64,000 nt of DNA, taken from the NCBI GenBank assembly GCA_028291365.1, contig JAQGIE010000088.1, positions 3,000-66,999 on the forward strand. The letters are read 5' to 3'. The position numbers and the translations under genes were made by a program. Below are positions 43,200-51,681 of the stretch, one piece after another. The stretch's first letter is position 1; each line of letters opens with the position of its first letter. The stretch comes from Rhodospirillales bacterium (GTDB lineage Bacteria; Pseudomonadota; Alphaproteobacteria; BOG-932; Roseiterribacteraceae). A model generated the notes under the pieces. The model searched no databases and was not told the origin of the DNA. It was given only the letters and a program-made list of their open reading frames with translations.

Positions 43200-44645
43200 T
43201 CAGAACTTGTATTGAAACCACGCGCCGAAATAGTCGGTGTCGCGTCCGCGCACCGTGTCGAACGTGCCGCCGACCTCGAACCGGACATAGGCGGTGGTGA
43301 TCGAGAGGTGGCGGTCGACCGTCCAGTCCGCCTGCACGGTGCTTTGCGTGCCCAGGTATTTTCCGCGGCTGGCCGCAGTGCCGGCGACCGCGGCGAAAGG
43401 CTGCCGGTAGAAGGCGTCCGTCCGGCTGTACCGCCACAGCAAGTCGACGCCGGCGGTGAGCAGCAGGGACTCGACCGGCTGGACCTGCACGCGCGGAAAC
43501 AGACTCATCACGTTCGAGGGGGCGTTGATCTGCGCCTGGGTGAAATAGGAACCCGTCGGGAAGATCGGATTGTAGGTGTTGTTGGTCTTGTCGTTCGGAT
43601 TGCCGTCGCCCGACGCGACGTCCACCTGCAGCGACAGGCGCGGGCGCCACGGCACGTCCGCGAGCGTGTAGCCGACATAGCTTGCGAGCAGGAAGGCGCG
43701 CACCTCCTCGTTGCGGAAATGGCCCGCCTGCAGCACCGCTTCGACGTCCCAGTCCCAGGGCTCGTGCTTGCCGAACAGACGCGCACCGACCGAGTGCCGC
43801 AAGTCGGTGCCGGTCTTGCCGGCATAGGTTCCAGCCGTGTTGCGAAAGCCGAAATAGTAGAAATCCGCGCTGGTGCCCGGCAGCACGTTTGCGACCGTCG
43901 CATAGCTGCCCCAGAGGGACTGGATCGGATTGAGCGAGTCGTTGAACGGGCCGAACTTGTTGTTGACCGGCCTCCCCGCGAAGACAGCGACCTGCACGCC
44001 GGGCCACGCCCAGTCCACGCGCCCGCCATCGAAGCTGCGCCGGAGGTTCGGCGTCTCGCGCGCCGACAAGATGCGCTGCACACCGTAGGACATCTCATGC
44101 CGTCCGAGCCGCAGCGTGAACTTGCCGTAATCGCCGGCGGTGGTGAAGTCGAGAAAGGCCTGCTGCACGTCCAGCCGGTCGACGTCGGTCGTGGTCCGTG
44201 CTTGCAGATTCGGCGCCTCGTGCTCACCAAACTGCAGGAAGGCCCGCAGGCCGTTCTCGAACCGCAGATCCGCATGAGCGAGCAGGCGGCTGAGAACAAA
44301 GCTCTCGGTGCCGACGCCGGTGAGCCCGAACACCGGGTTTTTGTAATACTGGTAGCGCTCGCGAACCTCGCCGCCGAGATTCAGGCGGGCGCCGTCGCCG
44401 AGCGGGATCCATTTCAGCGTGTCCCAGAAATCGTCGCTGCGGCGCGGGTCGGCGAGATAGGAGAAATCGTCATTGAAGCGCAGCGGCTGGATGCCCTGGC
44501 CGGGGCCGGGGCCGGGGCCGGGGCCGGGGCCGGCCGTGACGCTGTCCGCGGCTCGGGCGCCCGGCAGTGCCGTCATGCATGCGAGCAGCGCGAGCGCTGC
44601 GATCCGACCGTGCCTGTGGCGGCATCGCAACGCCGTCATGGTCAT
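43200..44645 (-). CDS. alginate-export (AlgE-like) family outer-membrane porin, paralogue 2
   Basis: 481 aa, collinear with 17159..18586 apart from an expanded Gly-Pro tract after the signal peptide. It ends in AWFQYKF. Confidence 0.75.
   Translation of the reverse strand: MTMTALRCRHRHGRIAALALLACMTALPGARAADSVTAGPGPGPGPGPGQGIQPLRFNDDFSYLADPRRSDDFWDTLKWIPLGDGARLNLGGEVRERYQYYKNPVFGLTGVGTESFVLSRLLAHADLRFENGLRAFLQFGEHEAPNLQARTTTDVDRLDVQQAFLDFTTAGDYGKFTLRLGRHEMSYGVQRILSARETPNLRRSFDGGRVDWAWPGVQVAVFAGRPVNNKFGPFNDSLNPIQSLWGSYATVANVLPGTSADFYYFGFRNTAGTYAGKTGTDLRHSVGARLFGKHEPWDWDVEAVLQAGHFRNEEVRAFLLASYVGYTLADVPWRPRLSLQVDVASGDGNPNDKTNNTYNPIFPTGSYFTQAQINAPSNVMSLFPRVQVQPVESLLLTAGVDLLWRYSRTDAFYRQPFAAVAGTAASRGKYLGTQSTVQADWTVDRHLSITTAYVRFEVGGTFDTVRGRDTDYFGAWFQYKF
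44498..44535. repeat. hexanucleotide microsatellite (CGGGGC / GGGGCC) x5 plus partial units
   Basis: Read directly: ggc cggggc cggggc cggggc cggggc cggggc cggcc. On the coding (minus) strand it encodes GPGPGPGPGPG in the porin N-terminus. Confidence 0.9.
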
Positions 44646-44789
44646 TTGCTCCCCGGCTTCTGGGCCTAGGCAAACGCGCGCGATCCATCATCGTTTCAGG
44701 CTGGTTCGGAGAAGCTACGGCGACGACCGACGACCACTCGGTTTTGATCGACGCGCAAAGCGCGCGTCAGGAATCAACAGCCTGCCAGC

Positions 44790-46169
44790 CTAGTGCGTCG
44801 GCGGCGTGGCTCTGGTGAAGCTGCCCGCGGGGCCTGGAAACACGACCGGGCTTTCATAGCCGTCGGCCGAAACCGCGGTCACGCCGAAGAACCAGTCGTC
44901 GATATTGACGTTCGGCAGCTTGAGCGACGCGGCGGCGCCGGCATTGCGGCTCTCGGTCCAGTACGGCGCGGTCGTATCGCGCCACCACACGCGATAGGAC
45001 GCGGCACCCGGCACCGGCGCCCAGCTGACCGTCGTGTCGAGCGACACCGCGCCTTCGATCTTGACCGACGATGGCGGCGCCGGCGCCAGCGCCAGTGCCG
45101 CCATGGCGACGGCGTTGAGACGCGTCACCTTCGCAAGATATTGGAAATCGACCGCCTCGAGCACGTCGCCATGCTGGACGCCGTTCACCATCCGCACGTC
45201 CTGATGTTCGCGCGTGTAATTCTCGATCGCTTCGGTGAGGCGCACCGCCGGGTAGCCTGCAGCCAGCACCGGCACCTGGTCGCCGCCGCGGCCGAACCGG
45301 TCGGTGCGATAGATCATGCGTGCGCGGAAACCGTCCAGATAGTCCTCGGCGAGGCCGCTGATGAAGCGCGCCAGGTTGCGCGACGGGCTGTCGATTTCGC
45401 CGCCATTATAGCGGCGGCGCGTTGCCTCTTCCGGCGTTTCGGTCGAACGGGTGCCTTCGGAAAACACCCGGACATACGATGTTTCGGTGACGCCGTTGGC
45501 GCCCTTGGTATTGCCGATGATGTCGTTGTTGAGGTCCGCTTCGACCTGCCAGTTATTGTCGCTGGCATATTGCGCCAGCAGCTTGCCGCCGAGCAGGCCC
45601 TGCTCTTCGCCCGACAGCACGGCATAGACCAGCGTGGCGGCGAATTTGTGCCGCGACAGGACTCGCGCCGCTTCGATCACGGCGGCGGTGCCGGATCCGT
45701 CATCGTCGGCGCCGGGCGCGTCGCTGGTTGCGTCCATCACATCGGCGACGCGCGAATCGAGATGGCCGGCGATGATGATGACGCGGTTGGGATCGCCGGT
45801 GCCGCGTTGGATCGCCAGCACGTTCACGATCCTGGTCGGCGTCGGAACCCGATTGCCGGTGACGGTCTCCTCGGGCGTTTCGATCTGCAGGCAACCGCCG
45901 CAGCCGCGGCTGATCTCGGTGAAACGGCTCGCGACCCAGCGGCGCGCGGCGCCGATGCCGCGCGTGTCCGACACCGTATCCGACATTGTGTGCCGCGTGC
46001 CGAAACCGACCAGTTTGGCGATGGTCGTCCGCATTTCTTCGGGCCGGACCTCGCCTGCGATGGTGCGCAGCAGCGGATGCACCGTGCGCGGCGCCGGCTC
46101 GGCGGCGTGCGAAGCGGCGGCCAACAGGCCGGCGAGGGACAGGCCGACCAGGATGACAGCAATGCGCAT
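44790..46169 (-). CDS. secreted M28-family aminopeptidase with C-terminal fibronectin-type-III-like domain
   Basis: Internal ATG after AGGAGA in ORF 44790..46265. It has a signal peptide and the zinc-ligand contexts IIIAGHLDS, GADDDGSGTAAVIE and LSGEEQGLLG. The FN3-like tail contains SWAPVPGAASYRVWWRD. Confidence 0.85.
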   Translation of the reverse strand: MRIAVILVGLSLAGLLAAASHAAEPAPRTVHPLLRTIAGEVRPEEMRTTIAKLVGFGTRHTMSDTVSDTRGIGAARRWVASRFTEISRGCGGCLQIETPEETVTGNRVPTPTRIVNVLAIQRGTGDPNRVIIIAGHLDSRVADVMDATSDAPGADDDGSGTAAVIEAARVLSRHKFAATLVYAVLSGEEQGLLGGKLLAQYASDNNWQVEADLNNDIIGNTKGANGVTETSYVRVFSEGTRSTETPEEATRRRYNGGEIDSPSRNLARFISGLAEDYLDGFRARMIYRTDRFGRGGDQVPVLAAGYPAVRLTEAIENYTREHQDVRMVNGVQHGDVLEAVDFQYLAKVTRLNAVAMAALALAPAPPSSVKIEGAVSLDTTVSWAPVPGAASYRVWWRDTTAPYWTESRNAGAAASLKLPNVNIDDWFFGVTAVSADGYESPVVFPGPAGSFTRATPPTH

Positions 46170-46370
46170 GGATCTCCTGCGGGAAGGACCGTTCGAGGAA
46201 GCCGTCCTTCCTAGCACGACCCGCCGGGCTCGCGGCGAGCCCCCCAGATCGACCCGCCACGACATTCGGCCGGCGATGCGCTACAGCCAACCGACCGGGC
46301 CCGTCGCCCGGCGCCGTCGCGGCTCCGAGCCCGCCTGGCCAGACCACAGAACCGGAACGGGAGAAACGCG

Positions 46371-46619
46371 GTGCGAAGCACGAAGCAGACCTACGAATTC
46401 CAGACGCTGACCCAGGATCTCGCGGATCCGGCGCTGAGGCGACCGATGCCGCGTGGAACGTTGGTCAAAGTGATCACGACCACGGTGGAGCACACGCCGG
46501 CCGCGGACAGTCCCGACAAACAGGTTCGCCGCGAAGTCGAAATCCCGGAGGCCTTCTTCCAGGCCACCAGCGCCGACGAGAAACCCGGCACGATCGACGT
46601 GACCGACCAGGTGCTCTGA
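46371..46619 (+). CDS. hypothetical small protein (82 aa)
   Basis: GTG start 6 nt after GGGAGA. The composition is acidic and Thr-rich. No recognised family. Confidence 0.45.
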   Translation: MRSTKQTYEFQTLTQDLADPALRRPMPRGTLVKVITTTVEHTPAADSPDKQVRREVEIPEAFFQATSADEKPGTIDVTDQVL

Positions 46620-46642
46620 GCCTGGATCCCAAAGGATCGATC

Positions 46643-47065
46643 ATGAAACGCTTTGCGACGACCACCGCGACGTTGCTCCTGCTTGCGGCGCTGCCGGCAG
46701 CTGCGAAAGACGTGCCTTCGGTTGTCGTGCAGCAGCTGCTGCAGACGCGCGACACGGCGAGCGGCCGCCCGATCGCCGTGCCCAACGATCCGACGCTCAT
46801 CGTCTCGACCTATTCATTCAAGCCGGGCGCCAAGCTGCCCGTGCACAAGCACCTCCATGCGCGCTACGCCTACGTGCTCGAAGGCACGATCCGCGTGACC
46901 AGCGCCGAGAGCGGCAAGAGCGAGACCTACAAGCGCGGCGACTTCATCGTCGAGATGATCGACGAATGGCATCACGGCGTCGCGCTCGGCGCGTCGCCGG
47001 TCAAGCTGCTGGTGATCGATCAGATTCCCGACGGTCAGCACGGCAACGTCGTGCTGCAGAAATGA
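46643..47065 (+). CDS. secreted cupin-domain protein
   Basis: Signal peptide MKRFATTTATLLLLAALPAAA-KD. Cupin motifs: GAKLPVHKHLHARYAYVLEG and GDFIVEMIDEWHHG. Confidence 0.7.
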   Translation: MKRFATTTATLLLLAALPAAAKDVPSVVVQQLLQTRDTASGRPIAVPNDPTLIVSTYSFKPGAKLPVHKHLHARYAYVLEGTIRVTSAESGKSETYKRGDFIVEMIDEWHHGVALGASPVKLLVIDQIPDGQHGNVVLQK

Positions 47066-47079
47066 AGCGCCCGACCGTT

Positions 47080-47102
47080 GGCGGCGCGTTCACCGCGCTG
47101 CC
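47080..47102. terminator. hairpin between convergent genes (possible bidirectional terminator)
   Basis: GGCGGCGCG-ttcac-CGCGCTGCC, a 9-bp stem with one G-T pair. It lies in the 40-bp gap between the cupin gene and the carbamoyltransferase gene. No U-tract. Confidence 0.3.
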
Positions 47103-47105
47103 AGG

Positions 47106-49055
47106 TTACGGGATGCTCGGGGGCCGCCGGAATTCGTAGCCGCCCATCATCAGGCAATCGACCTCGGTGGCGAGCAGAAAATTGATCGCGTCGCGCGGCT
47201 GCTCGACGATCGGCTCACCCGGCCCGTTCAGCGACGTGTTGAGCACGACCGGCACGCCGGTCAGCGCTGCGAATTCCTGCAACAGCGCGTGATAGCGGCC
47301 GGCTTGTTCGGTGACCGTCTGGACCCGCGCCGAACGATCGACATGGGTGATCGCGGGCAGCGCGTCGGCCGTCACCATCGAGGTGAACAGCATGTACCGC
47401 GCATCCTGCAGGCCGCCGCGAAACAGATCCGGCGCGTCGTCATGCAGCACGGCGGGCGCGAAGGGACGCCACCATTCGCGCCGCTTCACCGCGTTGACGC
47501 GGCGCCAATTTCCCGGCTGGCGCGGGTCGGCCAGCAGCGAACGATGACCCAGCGCGCGCGGCCCGATTTCGCTGCCGCCTTCGAACCAGGCGACGATCTC
47601 GTCGCGCGCCAGCAGCGACGCGGCATGTTTGGCGGCATCGGCGACTTTGCGCACCACGATGGTGGCGCCGCGGCGCGCGATCTCGGCTTCGATTTCGCCC
47701 GACGCGGTGGGCGGGCCCAGGTAGGGGGACTGGTTCTGCAGCGCCACCGACGGCTGCACCGGCGCGTCGAGCAGATTGTGCCAGAGATGCATCGCTGCCC
47801 CGATCGCGAGCCCGTCATCGGCGCAGCTCGGATCGACATAGAGGCGGCGGAACGGCGACTCGCGCAGCACGCGGCTGTTGGTCGGGCAGTTCAGCGCGCA
47901 ACCGCCCGACAGGCACAGCGCGTCGGTGGCGAGGCCGCCTGCGATCAGCGTTTCGTGCAGCTGTTCGACCGCGACCGCATAGGTCTCTTCGAACAGTTTC
48001 TGCGTGCTGGCGGCGATGTCGGCATTGACCGGCTCGGTGATGCGCGCGGGATCGCCCAGCGCGCTCATGTCGTAGCCGGCGGCGCCTGCCTCGGCGACGC
48101 AGCGGTCAAACCATTTCAGCATCAGCGGTTCGCTCGGCGGCGTGTCGAACCAGTTGCCGATCAGCTCGCTGCGATAGAAGCGCGGCTCGCCATAGGGGGC
48201 GAGCCCCATCAGCTTGCCGGCACCGCCGACCGCGCCCAGCGACAGGCGCCAGGCGACGAAATCGTACAGCGCGCCCACCGCGAGAAAATGCGGCATCACC
48301 GGGTACAGGCGATTGCCGCTGCCGTAATAGAACATGCCCGAGGACGGTGACGTGCTGGGTGCGTACCCGTCATGCGTCAGCACCGCGCCCGTGTCGAAGC
48401 CGGCGCGATAGAACACGCCTGCCGCGTGCGCCATGTGGTGATGCACCAGCACGCCCGGGATGCGCCGGCCGCGCAACGTCACCATCACCGGATAGTGAAA
48501 GCCGTTGCGGGCGCGCTCGCTCAGCAGCTCGGCGCCGGCAGCTTGCGCCGCCAGGCCGCGCAGCTTGGTGCCGGTCCAATGCGGCATCGCGATCGACTCG
48601 TCGAGCCAGCCGATCGACGCCACTTCGCCGCGCGCATAGGCGTCCGCTTCGGCATAGACGGCGCGCAGCGCGGGGGCCAGATCGGCATAGCCATCGCCGT
48701 TCAGCGCCTTGCGCAGGCCGAAGCTCAGCCGGTCGTGCAGCGCGGCGAGTGGGATCTGTTCGGCCAACGGCGAGTCGAGGCCGATCGCCTCGGCGCCGAC
48801 GAATTCGATCTGCAGGTCGGGGCACAGCCCGACCAGCATTTCGGTCGACTGCGTCGAGGTGATCGCGACCCAGTCGATCGCATGTTCGTCGAGCCCGGCG
48901 ACGGCGAGCGCCTGATCGATGCTCGCCTGGTCGAGGCCGCCGGCATGCTTGCGGCGCGAAAACCGCTCGCGGCAGATATACGAAGCGATGGCGCCATCGC
49001 GCAGGATCGTGGCGGCGGCGTCATGACCGAAATTCAGTCCGAGTACGTGAGTCAA
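47106..49055 (-). CDS. NodU/CmcH-family carbamoyltransferase
   Basis: 649 aa. The TTG start overlaps the upstream stop as TTGA. The N-terminal Kae1/ASKHA-like domain has LGLNFGHDAAATILRDGAIASYICRERFSRRKH. The C-terminal YrdC-like part has GPRALGHRSLLADPR...REWWRPFAPAVL...HVDRSARVQTV...PVVLNTSLNGPGEPIV. Confidence 0.9.
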   Translation of the reverse strand: MTHVLGLNFGHDAAATILRDGAIASYICRERFSRRKHAGGLDQASIDQALAVAGLDEHAIDWVAITSTQSTEMLVGLCPDLQIEFVGAEAIGLDSPLAEQIPLAALHDRLSFGLRKALNGDGYADLAPALRAVYAEADAYARGEVASIGWLDESIAMPHWTGTKLRGLAAQAAGAELLSERARNGFHYPVMVTLRGRRIPGVLVHHHMAHAAGVFYRAGFDTGAVLTHDGYAPSTSPSSGMFYYGSGNRLYPVMPHFLAVGALYDFVAWRLSLGAVGGAGKLMGLAPYGEPRFYRSELIGNWFDTPPSEPLMLKWFDRCVAEAGAAGYDMSALGDPARITEPVNADIAASTQKLFEETYAVAVEQLHETLIAGGLATDALCLSGGCALNCPTNSRVLRESPFRRLYVDPSCADDGLAIGAAMHLWHNLLDAPVQPSVALQNQSPYLGPPTASGEIEAEIARRGATIVVRKVADAAKHAASLLARDEIVAWFEGGSEIGPRALGHRSLLADPRQPGNWRRVNAVKRREWWRPFAPAVLHDDAPDLFRGGLQDARYMLFTSMVTADALPAITHVDRSARVQTVTEQAGRYHALLQEFAALTGVPVVLNTSLNGPGEPIVEQPRDAINFLLATEVDCLMMGGYEFRRPPSIP

Positions 49056-49600
49056 TTCGATCCGTCATGGGTAAAGTTCAGTCGGCCGCGCAGCAGGTCG
49101 AAACTGCGCCGGTCGCAGGAGGCGTGAAAGCGGCGGCCGTCCTGCAGCACCGCTTCGAAGGTGAGGATGTGGCGTTTCAGGCCGCCATAGATCGCGCCGG
49201 CGGTTGCACCGAGCAGCCCCGCCGCGAGTCCGCCCGCGACCGCCCACGCCGCGAGATGCGCGGGATCGCGGCCGATCTCTTCGACCAGGAAGCGAAGCTC
49301 GGCGATGTCGCGCGCCGGCGTGATCACGTCGCCGCTGGGCATTGCGATGCGCACCTCGCCGCTGGGCGACCGCCCGAGTCCGACCGAACCCGTGCCGAAC
49401 GACCCGCCCAGCACTTGAATGGTGCGGCGCCAGCTGAAGAAGCCGCTTTTGGTGACCGCGGCCGCGCTCGCCATGTTGACCATGAAATTGCCGGCGTCGT
49501 GCGCACGCTCGGTGCGATGCGGCGGCAGAACGCCCGAAGGCGCCACCATGTCGCTGACCGCGTCCAGCGGATTGGTGCCGATCGTGCTGCGTCGTGACAT
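49052..49600 (-). CDS. hypothetical 182-aa protein: basic N-terminal peptide plus Gly-zipper hydrophobic segment; candidate ParA partner
   Basis: C-terminal part of ORF 49052..50236. Its ATG shares one base with the ParA stop (TGATG), and AGGAGA lies upstream. Third-position GC is high throughout. The N-terminus is MSRRSTIGTNPLDAV, and the hydrophobic segment is AAWAVAGGLAAGLLGATAGAIYGGL. Confidence 0.6.
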   Translation of the reverse strand: MSRRSTIGTNPLDAVSDMVAPSGVLPPHRTERAHDAGNFMVNMASAAAVTKSGFFSWRRTIQVLGGSFGTGSVGLGRSPSGEVRIAMPSGDVITPARDIAELRFLVEEIGRDPAHLAAWAVAGGLAAGLLGATAGAIYGGLKRHILTFEAVLQDGRRFHASCDRRSFDLLRGRLNFTHDGSN

Positions 49601-50373
49601 CAGACTCTCCTCGTACGATCGAGTAATTCGGTGGCCAGCGCGCGATAGTCGTCGGCGCCGCGCGACCGCGCGGCATAGGTCGCGATCGGCTGGGCGAAAG
49701 ACGGTGCTTCGGCCAGACGGACATTCTCGCGAATCTCGGTGGCGAAAACGTCGGCGCCGAAACGTTCGCGCAGCTTCTCGACCACTTCGACATTGTGGCG
49801 GCTGCGCGCGCTGACGCGGCAGGCGACCAGCCCGGCCATCACCAGCGACGGATTCAGACGGCTGCGGATCAGCCCCAGCATCTCGACCAGCCGCGCCACG
49901 CCCGCCAGCGCCAGCACATGCGCCTCGACCGGCACCAGGCAATGCGAGCAGGCGGCGAGCGCATTGACGGTGAGCAGCCCGAAGGTCGGCGGCGTGTCGA
50001 TCAGCACGAAGTCGAAGCTGCCCAACGATGCGAGCGCGTGTTTGAGCAGCGTTTCGGCACCGATCTCGGCCGCCAGCTCGCGTTCGAGTCCCATCAGGTG
50101 CGGGCTGCTGTGCAGCGCGCGCACCCCGGCGGCCGAGGTCTGCACCGTGTCGGCGAAGCCAAACCCCCTGCTGCGCAACGGATCGCCGCGGAACAGGTCG
50201 ATCACCGACGGCGCGCCCGGTCCGACGCCCAGCCACATCGAGGCGTTGGCCTGCGGGTCGAGATCGAGCACCAGCACCGAATTACCGGCTGCGCCCAGCG
50301 CCGCCGCGAGATTGACCACCGTCGTGGTCTTGGCGGAACCGCCTTTGTAATTCGCGATGGCGATGATGCGCAC
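49600..50373 (-). CDS. ParA/Soj/MinD-family P-loop ATPase (orphan; no ParB nearby)
   Basis: GTG start. Deviant Walker A in IAIANYKGGSAKTTT, with DLDPQANAS and FVLIDTPP. 257 aa. Confidence 0.9.
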   Translation of the reverse strand: MRIIAIANYKGGSAKTTTVVNLAAALGAAGNSVLVLDLDPQANASMWLGVGPGAPSVIDLFRGDPLRSRGFGFADTVQTSAAGVRALHSSPHLMGLERELAAEIGAETLLKHALASLGSFDFVLIDTPPTFGLLTVNALAACSHCLVPVEAHVLALAGVARLVEMLGLIRSRLNPSLVMAGLVACRVSARSRHNVEVVEKLRERFGADVFATEIRENVRLAEAPSFAQPIATYAARSRGADDYRALATELLDRTRRV

Positions 50374-50455
50374 GGATCGGCTTTCGGCGGTTATCGATTA
50401 TTTAAGCCGACCGGGCGGCAAAACGCTGCACAAAAACTGTCGAACCGGATTCCAC

Positions 50456-51667
50456 GTGCCCCCATCCTATCGCCTGACGCTTGTCGCGCTGTGCTGCTGC
50501 GCCGCTTTCACCGGCGCCGCGGCCGAGCCTGACGCCGTAGCGCCGGGCAAGGCAGGCTTCGTGATCGGCGACTTCACCGTCGTGCCGTCGATCACCGCCG
50601 GCATCACCTATAGCGACAATCTGCGCCAGGATCCCTCGAATGAAGGCGACTGGCGCGCCGACGCGGTGTTCGCGGTGAATGTCGCGTCGAGCTGGAAAGA
50701 GCACGAGCTGACCTTCGACGCGTCGCACACCGAGCGGCGCTACCGGCGCGTTACCAGCCAGGACAATTCGTTGAACTCGGCCGGCGGCAGCGGCCGCTAC
50801 GACTTGAACGAGCGCTGGAAGATCATCACCAACCTCAGATATTTCGAGAACGAAGTCTCGCGCTCGAATCCCAACGGCATTCCCGGCGCGCTGCAGGCGA
50901 CGGTCGGCACGAGCCTGTTCAACCTGCAGGCGAATTACGAAGGCGAGCGCGTTTTCGACTGGGTCATTCTCAACGCGCAGCACCTGACCTTCGGTTCGGC
51001 CTTCCGCGCCGGCCAGGAGATCGCGCAGAACAACCAGAACCGGACCGAAGTCGATTTCGCCAATCTGCTCGGCTTCAAGTTCGACCTGTGGAAGCTCAAG
51101 CCGTATCTCTATGTCAGCCGCGGCACCGTCGATTACGACAGCACCAGTGATCGCACGCTCGGCCTGCGCAGCTCGGTCGACTACAAATATGGTGGCGGCG
51201 CCGCCATGGAGCCGATCGCAGGCCTGTCGGTCGAATTCCGCCTCGGCGGCATTTCGCAAGCCTATGACGATCCGACCATCGGCACCTTGAAGGGCTGGTT
51301 CGGCTCGGCCGGCGCGGTGTGGCGGATCGATGACAAGACGACCGCAATTCTCGACACGTCGCGCACCTTCAGCGAGACCAACATTCCGGGTTCGCCCGGC
51401 TATTTCATGAGCCAGGGCACGTTGACCTTGCAACGCAAGCTCGACGAGCGCTTGACCGCCGACCTCGCGCACCGCTCGGCGCACTACAACGTGGTGCAGT
51501 ACCCGCTGCACGCGACCAACCTGACGACGATCGTCGGCCTGTCCTACGCGATCACGCCGCTGATCACTGCGCGCATCCAGATGCTGCACCAGCATCAGCG
51601 CGGCAATCAGCCGCTCTACACCTTCTTCGAAAACGCCGAGACGGCGCAGATCTCGCTGCGCTTCTAG
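50456..51667 (+). CDS. outer-membrane beta-barrel protein (BBP2-like putative porin)
   Basis: ORF 50357..51667. I prefer GTG 50456 because the longer start overlaps the divergent ParA start. It has a signal-like segment [17 protein letters not shown], alternating beta-strand pattern, and the terminal ISLRF. Family assignment is by pattern only. Confidence 0.6.
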   Translation: MPPSYRLTLVALCCCAAFTGAAAEPDAVAPGKAGFVIGDFTVVPSITAGITYSDNLRQDPSNEGDWRADAVFAVNVASSWKEHELTFDASHTERRYRRVTSQDNSLNSAGGSGRYDLNERWKIITNLRYFENEVSRSNPNGIPGALQATVGTSLFNLQANYEGERVFDWVILNAQHLTFGSAFRAGQEIAQNNQNRTEVDFANLLGFKFDLWKLKPYLYVSRGTVDYDSTSDRTLGLRSSVDYKYGGGAAMEPIAGLSVEFRLGGISQAYDDPTIGTLKGWFGSAGAVWRIDDKTTAILDTSRTFSETNIPGSPGYFMSQGTLTLQRKLDERLTADLAHRSAHYNVVQYPLHATNLTTIVGLSYAITPLITARIQMLHQHQRGNQPLYTFFENAETAQISLRF

Positions 51668-51681
51668 CGAAGGCCGCGCCA

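Noticed and set aside
44750-44768. Hairpin GACGCGC-aaagc-GCGCGTC downstream of the M28 peptidase gene as a terminator
   Set aside because: On the transcribed (minus) strand it is followed by GATCAAAAC rather than a U-tract. The stem is only 7 bp.
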